Part shown: in pieces, positions 7,444 through 14,280 of the stretch | Layout of the letters: each line of letters starts with the position of its first letter | How positions within the stretch are numbered: the first letter of the stretch is position 1 | Assembly (NCBI GenBank): GCA_030638625.1 | Contig: DAOWEE010000365.1 | Span: 1-30,170, forward strand | DNA length: 30,170 bases | Direction: 5' to 3' | Source: Methanosarcinales archaeon | Lineage (GTDB): Archaea; Halobacteriota; Methanosarcinia; Methanosarcinales; Methanocomedenaceae | Notes under the pieces: model-generated | The model's input: the letters and a program-made list of their open reading frames with translations, nothing else | The model's database searches: none | What the model was told of the DNA's origin: nothing | Translations under genes and position numbers: made by a program

Positions 7444-8407
7444 TTACCACCAAAAGCAGACCGGCCAATAGATTATCATAAGATTGTGTTGATGTAGTTG
7501 TATCCATGATAAATATGTCACCACTGCCTTGCCTGTCAGACCAGAATGCTATTGTAGTGTTATCAGGGCTCCAGATATTGCACATATCTATACCATCATA
7601 ATGAGTCAACTGCCTGAGATTGCTGCCGTCAGCATCCATAATCCATATCTCCATGTTGCCACTTCGCTCAGAATCAAAGGTAATATATTTTCCATCATGG
7701 CTGAACGATGCACCCCAATCTTCGGCAGGATGGTCAGTAATCTGTGTCAGGTGGGTCCCGTCATAATCAATCATCCAGACATCACCGTTACCGGTACGCT
7801 GGGAGCGGAACAGGATTCTCCTGCTGTCCGATGCCCAGGAAGGAATCATATCATCGGCCGCAGAAGTAGTGACCTGGGTCCGGTTCGAACCATCGGAATC
7901 AATGACCCAGATATCTGAATTTCCTGACTGGTCTGAAGTGAACACTATTTTTGTACCGTCAGGGCTGAAAGATGAGTAGAAATCATAAGTGGGATTCGTA
8001 GTCAACTGGGTGAGATTAGTACCATCAATGTCGATTTTCCAGATATCCATGTTGCCAGAGCGTTTGGAAGTGAAAGTGATTGTTCTGCCATCAGGACTCC
8101 AGCCCTTAGGCAGGGAATCTTCGGACGGGTGTGTGGTAAGACGGGTAGTTTCAAGGGTGGTGATGTTCACTATCCAGATATCAGCATTTCCACCAAAAGT
8201 AGATTCAAAGGCTATATATTGCCCGTCAGGGCTGAAACTGGGCGCCCGTTCAAAACTATCGGTTGAGGTAATCCTGATTGCATCGTCAGATGCCGCTGAA
8301 GCTATTGCGCTGCCAGGAAATATACTGATACTTAGCAGAATGAACATTGGAAGTATTGAAAGTATTAATAAAGTAGCACCAGTTTTTGTTCTTTCAGGAA
8401 TCCACAT
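7403..8407 (-). CDS. Secreted TolB-like (PD40/WD40-like) beta-propeller protein with C-terminal membrane anchor
   Basis: N-terminal hydrophobic signal, then six or so repeats of (F/W)SPDG..I.F.S.RSGN.DIW..D.DG....QLT. The C-terminus is LLAGLLLVVIIGFLVYLGKKKR. Overlaps the ccmF 3' end by 41 bp. Confidence 0.9.
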   Translation of the reverse strand: MWIPERTKTGATLLILSILPMFILLSISIFPGSAIASAASDDAIRITSTDSFERAPSFSPDGQYIAFESTFGGNADIWIVNITTLETTRLTTHPSEDSLPKGWSPDGRTITFTSKRSGNMDIWKIDIDGTNLTQLTTNPTYDFYSSFSPDGTKIVFTSDQSGNSDIWVIDSDGSNRTQVTTSAADDMIPSWASDSRRILFRSQRTGNGDVWMIDYDGTHLTQITDHPAEDWGASFSHDGKYITFDSERSGNMEIWIMDADGSNLRQLTHYDGIDMCNIWSPDNTTIAFWSDRQGSGDIFIMDTTTSTQSYDNLLAGLLLVVIIGFLVYLGKKKR

Positions 8408-8472
8408 TGTTTTGAAATACCGCCTCTTTAATTAACAACATTTATATTATATTTGACGATATTTAAATATTT

Positions 8473-10104
8473 ATGGAAATGGATACGGTGAAAAAGAAAT
8501 TGAAGGGAATCAGGATTCACCATATCCAATTATCAGTTCTTTTGGCATTATCCTTCGCTCTTCAATTCTCCAAATTGGACTGGGGAATGGTCACTAATAA
8601 TATCGGGATTAACGGACTTAACGCTTTTCATATCGTTGAACCGAATCTTGTGAACATACCCCTTCAAATGATGCAATCAGGTGACCTGAACCCGCACTTT
8701 TTCGATGAACCAAGCCTGTTCTACAATTCGATGTATGTTGTTTTTTCAGTAATTACAGGCATCATTGGACCATTATCATTTGTGGAATATATCAGGATTG
8801 CCCGGTTAATGACTATTCTTCTGAGTGTTGGGGTGGTTTTCCTGACTTATCTTACCGCAGAAAAGATGTGCAGTAGGGAAGTGGGCCTTTATGCAGCACT
8901 TTTCATGTCAATAAATCCATATTACCTCTGGTTCTCTTCCATAGCAAAAGAAGACCCGATGATGGTATTTTTCATCACTCTGTCCATGTACTTCTTTGTC
9001 AGGTATTTGAAAGATAGCAATCAGAGAAATTTTCTTTTTTCGATGGCGTCGGCCGGACTTGCTGTATCCACCAAATATCCTGCCGGAATGATGCTATTTT
9101 TACTGCCGGTATTATATTTATTTTACAATCAAACCGAACCGGTCAAAGAAAGAATTGTGGCCATAAGCAAATCCATTGCAATATACGCAGGAGCTTTCGT
9201 AATCGGCACACCTTTTTCAGTCTTGTCATTTGGAGAATTCATCAGAGGCTCTGTGGGTGAGCTGGGACATTATACTACAGGTCATCCTGGTTTTGAACAT
9301 TTTACCTGGTTCGTGCATGTACAGACCATTACCGGCCTGTGGGATGCAACCAATATATGGGGTAAGAACGGATATGGTCTTATCCTTATATTGTTTATAT
9401 CCGGAATGGTCACGATAATTTCTCAGCTGGAACATAATACAGAAAATAAACATAATGCAGAAAAACCAGGTAGATTTAACTGGTATTTAATCACAGGCTG
9501 GATATTATTAACTGTGCTGGTCTTCGGTTTCATAATTAAAGTCAAGATGGGGAACCAGATGATGATTCTGACCCCTGCTGCGATGGTGGTTTCAGGATAT
9601 GGATTTGCTGCTCTGTTACATAGATTGCCGAATCAGAATCTAAGGCGCATTATTGGAAGCGCGATCGTCCTCTTGATTTTCACATATGCCCTATCAGGTA
9701 TTGTGAGCAGTGCGAATGATAACCGGTATTATGCGGCTGATTGGCTTACTGAAAATGTCCCACCCGAAGCTATGATTGCCACGACCCTTTTTGTTCATGT
9801 ACCTGATGAATTCATTGAGGTATCTTTTCTTCCTATAAATACAGATTACCTGGAAAACTCAGATTATGATTACATTATCCTATCTTCATGGGACTTCGAG
9901 CGATATCTTGACTCACCTGATACGTATCCAGTCGAGTCAATGTTTTACCGGACCGTACTTGACGGAAATACTAGCTATAGACCGACAGCCAGTTTCAAGC
10001 GCACCGAAAATGCACGACAGAGAACCCTGAACTTTGGATTTGGTGCATTGACAAAAAGCGATTATCGCGGGGAAGTGGATATTTTTATTTTCCAGCGGAT
10101 GTAG
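8473..10104 (+). CDS. GT-C fold membrane glycosyltransferase (ArnT/PMT-like, GT39/GT83-like)
   Basis: Polytopic membrane protein with acidic first loop HFFDEPSLFY, then ARLMTILLSVGVV, ALFMSINPYYLWFSSIAKEDP and GLAVSTKYP, followed by a C-terminal soluble domain. Confidence 0.82.
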   Translation: MEMDTVKKKLKGIRIHHIQLSVLLALSFALQFSKLDWGMVTNNIGINGLNAFHIVEPNLVNIPLQMMQSGDLNPHFFDEPSLFYNSMYVVFSVITGIIGPLSFVEYIRIARLMTILLSVGVVFLTYLTAEKMCSREVGLYAALFMSINPYYLWFSSIAKEDPMMVFFITLSMYFFVRYLKDSNQRNFLFSMASAGLAVSTKYPAGMMLFLLPVLYLFYNQTEPVKERIVAISKSIAIYAGAFVIGTPFSVLSFGEFIRGSVGELGHYTTGHPGFEHFTWFVHVQTITGLWDATNIWGKNGYGLILILFISGMVTIISQLEHNTENKHNAEKPGRFNWYLITGWILLTVLVFGFIIKVKMGNQMMILTPAAMVVSGYGFAALLHRLPNQNLRRIIGSAIVLLIFTYALSGIVSSANDNRYYAADWLTENVPPEAMIATTLFVHVPDEFIEVSFLPINTDYLENSDYDYIILSSWDFERYLDSPDTYPVESMFYRTVLDGNTSYRPTASFKRTENARQRTLNFGFGALTKSDYRGEVDIFIFQRM

Positions 10105-11113
10105 TGCTTCTTCGTTTGCTCAGGAATATGAAGGACATGAACAGGCCAAATATGGACAGAATTGCATAGGATGAAGGGATGTTCTCCTTTTTATTCAAAT
10201 CCACTAACCAGATGTCAGACCCACCGTATTGTTCGCTGTCTATGTCGATTATCTTGTCCTGGAAAACTATCTTAGTCCCATCCAGACTCCAGGAAGGGGA
10301 ATAATAATCTGTGTTCACGTTTCCTGGGACCACTACGGTCTTATTGGAACCATCTGCATCCATCACCCATATATCGCCGCTTTCTTTTGTGTATGCATGG
10401 TATGCAATTTTAGTCCCGGCCGGACTCCATGAAGTAGACATCAGGTTCGGGCAGAAATTATCTGGCGGGCACCGTTCATAATGAGCATCAAAGGTCAGTT
10501 GGGAATATTCTCCAGTTTCAACATCCAGTTTCCACAATTGCTGGTCTCCGGACCTTGTGGATACAAAGACGAGATACCTGCCGTCAGGGCTCCATGAAGG
10601 AACGTCATCATCACCTGCCCCTGTGGAAAGCTGCATCTGGTTATTTCCGTCAGCGTCTATTATCCATATTTTGAGAGCACCGGACCTGGTAGAGGTAAAG
10701 GCAATACTACCATCGGGACCCCACGCAGGATTTCCATCCCATCCCGGATTGTCAGTAATCTGTCGTTCATTAGTTCCATCCACATCTATTGCCCATATTT
10801 CAGAATTTCCGGTCCTGTCAGAATAAAAAACAATACTATTGCTGTCCGGACCCCAGGAAGAGTATAAGTCTAATGAAAGGTTGGTGGTCATTTGTGTCAG
10901 ATTACTCCCGTCAGTATCCATGACCCAAATATCTGCACTCTCACCCCTATCTGACTGGAAGGCTATCTTACTTCCGTCCGGACTCCAGTCCGGTTTTGAA
11001 TCCGGCACCGGGTCATTGGTCAATTTTTTTATGTGAGATGTCTCTGAAGCAGACCCGACCATAATCAGGGATAAAATAACACACAGTAGTAATAGTAGTA
11101 ATATCTTATTCAA
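10085..11113 (-). CDS. Second secreted TolB-like (PD40) beta-propeller protein with C-terminal anchor
   Basis: TTG start and signal peptide, then repeats of P.WSPDG..IAF.S.R.G..DIW.MD.DG. The tail IPSSYAILSIFGLFMSFIFLSKRR resembles a degenerate PGF-CTERM signal. Confidence 0.9.
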   Translation of the reverse strand: MNKILLLLLLCVILSLIMVGSASETSHIKKLTNDPVPDSKPDWSPDGSKIAFQSDRGESADIWVMDTDGSNLTQMTTNLSLDLYSSWGPDSNSIVFYSDRTGNSEIWAIDVDGTNERQITDNPGWDGNPAWGPDGSIAFTSTRSGALKIWIIDADGNNQMQLSTGAGDDDVPSWSPDGRYLVFVSTRSGDQQLWKLDVETGEYSQLTFDAHYERCPPDNFCPNLMSTSWSPAGTKIAYHAYTKESGDIWVMDADGSNKTVVVPGNVNTDYYSPSWSLDGTKIVFQDKIIDIDSEQYGGSDIWLVDLNKKENIPSSYAILSIFGLFMSFIFLSKRRSTTSAGK

Positions 11114-12005
11114 TGTCCATTCCTTCTATTCCGTCCATTCCCTCTAGTCCTTCCATTACTGTCATTAAGGCTTCAGGTATCATTTCTATTAAAGATAAAA
11201 TTGATGAATCCGGCTTGATATTACTGTAAAGTCCGGCCAATCTGTTAATTTTGGCAGCCATACAGCATGCCTTTTCTAACGTTTCTTCCTGAAATACCAG
11301 GGCTGATACAATACCTGTCAGGGTATCACCGGTACCGCCAACAGCTTCCATGGCAGGGATATTGGGCGAGTCTACCTTCTGGATAATATTGCCGCTTCGG
11401 GTTATATAATCTGTACTGCCTTTAACCAGCATAGTGTCAGGACACAGGCCGTTCTGCGATGCATTAGGTATCAGTTCAGGCATGCGGTCCCCTGCAAAGT
11501 CGTAAAGGTTCTCATTAACAAACATGGGATGTACCGCTTCAACATCGGCAAGAAATGCCAGCTCTCCCTTGTCAGGAGTAAATAAATCAAATATATGTCC
11601 TAATCCCGATATCTTTGCTCCGTACATGGCTCCTGCATCTGCAATCAGTTTTGGATTTTGGCCACTATCTTCAAGAGCAAAACCAAAATCAACCATTCCC
11701 TCAATCAGTGGTGTGATATAATGCAATGTGATTACATCAGGGTGAAGTGAAAAAATATCATCTTTTAGATATTTGTAAAGGCTGATGCTACCGTTTCCCT
11801 GGCCAGTATCTCCTGCAAGGACGCAGTATGGCAAGTCAATATCAAGTACGGAACACGTTGATACGGCAGCGGCAACCATCGCGGGTGTGCCGGCAGAAAT
11901 GTCTATATGTTTTCCCCCGATAACCAGTATGCCATCTACAATCTCCGCATTGCCACTGATAATCCCGGCATCGTCGTCAGGATATGTGCCTACTAATGTC
12001 AGCAT
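11106..12005 (-). CDS. Ribokinase-fold / YjeF-C (NAD(P)HX dehydratase-like) protein
   Basis: ADAGAMY.AK...DLFTPDKGELAFLAD...HP...MLVKGSTDYI...MEAVGGTGDTLTGIVSAL, carrying the GGTGD anion-hole motif. Coupled to the upstream DUF3343 gene by an ATGCTGA overlap. Confidence 0.75.
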   Translation of the reverse strand: MLTLVGTYPDDDAGIISGNAEIVDGILVIGGKHIDISAGTPAMVAAAVSTCSVLDIDLPYCVLAGDTGQGNGSISLYKYLKDDIFSLHPDVITLHYITPLIEGMVDFGFALEDSGQNPKLIADAGAMYGAKISGLGHIFDLFTPDKGELAFLADVEAVHPMFVNENLYDFAGDRMPELIPNASQNGLCPDTMLVKGSTDYITRSGNIIQKVDSPNIPAMEAVGGTGDTLTGIVSALVFQEETLEKACCMAAKINRLAGLYSNIKPDSSILSLIEMIPEALMTVMEGLEGMDGIEGMDIE

Positions 12006-12523
12006 CCACTCTCCTCCATGAATGTTCTTTTAGCTTCTGATAATGCCCTGTCAAGCAGGTATGCGCACAAAGAAGACCCGATGTCCAGGGGTTTAATGGG
12101 CGAGGCCAGGTTGGTATTTATCAACTGTTGGGCAATGTAGGGAATATCCGGGCATCCCCCACCCGAAACATTAACTATGTCTCCATTGGTTTTTGAGAAC
12201 GTAAGTTTCATATTGCCGGATTTGACCATAATAAATCCGTCAATCTCTTTTTTTGTGGTCAATTCAACAGGTTTTTGTCCGCACGTGTAAGCTATCAGGT
12301 CAATATAGTATATACATTCATTATCCAACAGTTTCATGACGTCTATCTGCTGGCCGGCATCTACCATTACAGATAAGTCACACCCTTTACGAATATCCGG
12401 AGGGGGTGCCGCCAGCATTACTTTAAATCCGTGCTTTTTCAGGATATACTCTGCACGTATAGCACTTTTTGAGTGTTCAAATAATATGGTTGCACTGCTA
12501 TCTGGTTCAAAGTTTTGTTTCAT
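11999..12523 (-). CDS. DUF3343-domain protein with Cys-containing C-terminal domain
   Basis: ILFEHSKSAIRAEYILKKHGF...APPPDIRKGCDLSV (DUF3343/Se-S carrier-like), followed by VNVSGGGCPDIPY...SLCAYLL. Confidence 0.7.
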   Translation of the reverse strand: MKQNFEPDSSATILFEHSKSAIRAEYILKKHGFKVMLAAPPPDIRKGCDLSVMVDAGQQIDVMKLLDNECIYYIDLIAYTCGQKPVELTTKKEIDGFIMVKSGNMKLTFSKTNGDIVNVSGGGCPDIPYIAQQLINTNLASPIKPLDIGSSLCAYLLDRALSEAKRTFMEESGC

Positions 12524-12525
12524 AT

Positions 12526-13047
12526 CTATATCCCAAATATTATGGAAATGATGGGTTTCACAATAAACCCGAAGACGAGGGCAGCAAAATAAAATCCCAG
12601 GATGTAAACAAGTGAGCCTTTATCTCCTTCCGATGCCCTGATATGCTGCCTGAAAGGACACCCATCGGCCATGACAGAGAACAGGCCAACACCAGCCCCT
12701 CCAATGATTGTAAGAATCACAATTCCAAATACCGTGTTACTGCTTTCATGGTCAACATTTCCTAATGGATTCGTACACGGATTATACAGGCTTTCAATGT
12801 TACCGCTGAGTCTGCTGGTAAAGGCCGGGAAATCCTGTGCACCTCCTCCTGCCAGATGGAGGACAAAAAAACCCACGGCTGCTGCTGTAATAATGGCAAT
12901 AACACCTTTCAATAGATGCGTGTCCCTCATCAGTGTGAAGTCCCTTATCCCACCGATTGTGCAAAAACCTGAGCGCTGTCCCATATAACCGATGATGAGT
13001 CCAACAATGAATGTTCCGGTAGAAATTATTGGGTCTATGAGCCCCAC
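12526..13047 (-). CDS. YeeE/YedE-family sulfur-compound transporter, half-size subunit B
   Basis: GLIIGYMGQRSGFCTIGGIRDF and GLFSVMADGCPFRQHIRASEG carry the FC and GC motifs of the family. Start placed at GTG 13047, overlapping the upstream stop; the track extends it to 13092. Confidence 0.8.
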   Translation of the reverse strand: MGLIDPIISTGTFIVGLIIGYMGQRSGFCTIGGIRDFTLMRDTHLLKGVIAIITAAAVGFFVLHLAGGGAQDFPAFTSRLSGNIESLYNPCTNPLGNVDHESSNTVFGIVILTIIGGAGVGLFSVMADGCPFRQHIRASEGDKGSLVYILGFYFAALVFGFIVKPIISIIFGI

Positions 13048-13499
13048 CTCCTGAGTATAGCAATCCCTGCAATAACACCGACAACCATCCACAGACCGCC
13101 GAACAATGCCAATGGTTCACCATATGCAATCCTGAGCAATAGACGGATGGGACAGGCAGCAAGCAGGAGTGCAAAGGTCATAACCAAAAATCCCAGCAGG
13201 AACATTCTGGTATTACTATCAACCCCACTGTTAGGCTGAACATTGTGCCTTCGGGCAGCCAGATGTGCCCCCGCCATAATGCCAACTACAGTCAACAGGG
13301 GAGTAAATAATCCTGCATTTGTCACTTCTATAATGTTTGAAGAAATAAGATGGTTAAATATCCATCCCAGCATATCACGGCTATGGCAGGCGACACATAT
13401 CCCGTATGCCTGGGGGCTGGACCAATTGAATGACCACTGGGCTGCCACGGCCAATAACCCGATGGCTGTTCCCGTTATTGCTGGTGTTATCCTGCTCAT
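13035..13499 (-). CDS. YeeE/YedE-family half-size subunit A with CXXCH-containing loop
   Basis: About four TM helices with PQAYGICVACHSRD, PLLTVVGIMAGAHLAA and LLAACPIRLLLRIAYG. Start at ATG 13499, 4 nt after the upstream stop; the track extends it to 13541. Confidence 0.72.
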   Translation of the reverse strand: MSRITPAITGTAIGLLAVAAQWSFNWSSPQAYGICVACHSRDMLGWIFNHLISSNIIEVTNAGLFTPLLTVVGIMAGAHLAARRHNVQPNSGVDSNTRMFLLGFLVMTFALLLAACPIRLLLRIAYGEPLALFGGLWMVVGVIAGIAILRRWGS

Positions 13500-13503
13500 G
13501 GAC

Positions 13504-14007
13504 TTACCTTTTAAAGCGTATCCTGCAGACTGCATCTCCATCTGGTATCATTGTTTCTTTGGTCATTTTTGCGTCAGGGAAAAATTCGAAAAAGAGAGCT
13601 TCTGTTGCCTTGAAGTAAAGTCTGCATGCTTCCTTGATAAGGTCAGGTGATAGGCCCAAATCCTGCCATGCTTTGAACTTTGCACATGAAGAATGTTCAA
13701 GGACCACCTCATCAGGAGATACAATTTCCATTTTAATTGGAGAGATGATACTGTTGGTCTGCCCCCTTAGAGACATGCCGTAATATTTCCCAAAATCTTT
13801 GAAGGATTCAACCTTAAAGCCAGAATCTTTCATTGCCTTAGCATCCAGACGTCCCTTTTCTTCCATGGCACGTTCAATCATCTTTAATCCATTTGAACCT
13901 GATATTTTGTAGATCTCATTGATAATAGATCCGAACATAGTAGCATTATCAGACCCCATAAAATGAATGAATTCCCTACAGTTTTTCACCGCATTTTCGT
14001 TATGCAT
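13504..14007 (-). CDS. L-2-amino-thiazoline-4-carboxylate hydrolase-like / V4R-fold protein
   Basis: 167 aa with pattern HSSCAKFKAWQDLGL...EAC...FFP..KMTKETMIPDGDAVCRIRF (three conserved-looking Cys). First gene of the minus-strand run. Confidence 0.6.
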   Translation of the reverse strand: MHNENAVKNCREFIHFMGSDNATMFGSIINEIYKISGSNGLKMIERAMEEKGRLDAKAMKDSGFKVESFKDFGKYYGMSLRGQTNSIISPIKMEIVSPDEVVLEHSSCAKFKAWQDLGLSPDLIKEACRLYFKATEALFFEFFPDAKMTKETMIPDGDAVCRIRFKR

Positions 14008-14082
14008 TTTAATTCCTCAAATGTTAGTATTATTCTTCAATATATGTTAAAATTATTTAAATCAGATGTGTGTTAACCAATC

Positions 14083-14160
14083 TCTAAACAGTGAACACTA
14101 TTAGAAATGTGTGGTGCAGTAAATGTAAATTTCGACGGTTAACAGTGCAAACTGTTTAGA
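14083..14160. promoter_or_regulatory. Paired palindromic operator-like sites AACAGT-N4-ACT(A/G)TT
   Basis: AACAGT-GAAC-ACTATT (14087-14102) and the perfect AACAGT-GCAA-ACTGTT (14141-14156). The outer 10-mers TCTAAACAGT (14083-14092) and ACTGTTTAGA (14151-14160) are exact reverse complements. Confidence 0.55.
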
Positions 14161-14187
14161 TGTTTTTAGGACTGTGTAGATATTAAT

Positions 14188-14201
14188 ACAAGGTTATATA
14201 T
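14188..14201 (+). promoter_or_regulatory. Putative BRE/TATA promoter of the giant cytochrome gene
   Basis: ACAAGG-TTATATAT about 80 nt upstream of ATG 14281 and about 30 nt downstream of the second palindrome. Confidence 0.55.
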
Positions 14202-14280
14202 GTCTGAAAATCTGAATGTATTATGGTTAGACTGTGGGCTCTGATTACAGTATATTAACAACGCGCTAAAGGGTGGTCGG

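Noticed and set aside
7403-11113. Calling the propeller genes tolB (Tol-Pal system)
   Set aside because: They lack the TolB N-terminal domain, have C-terminal membrane anchors, and there are no tolQRA/pal genes. Only the PD40 repeat fold is shared.
11114-11160. Short duplicated GGAATGGAC repeat at the end of the ribokinase-fold gene (EGLEGMDGIEGMDIE)
   Set aside because: A small local duplication in a probably disordered tail, with no evidence of function.
11999-12010. C-terminal Gly-Cys-TGA of the DUF3343 gene as a possible selenocysteine (GCU-like) motif near YedE-type genes
   Set aside because: The TGA is explained by the ATGCTGA start/stop overlap with the next gene. No SECIS evidence was found, and Methanosarcinales are not known to use Sec.
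13035-13047. Pyrrolysine read-through of the TAG fusing the two YeeE halves
   Set aside because: The two halves are in different frames, so read-through would not fuse them.
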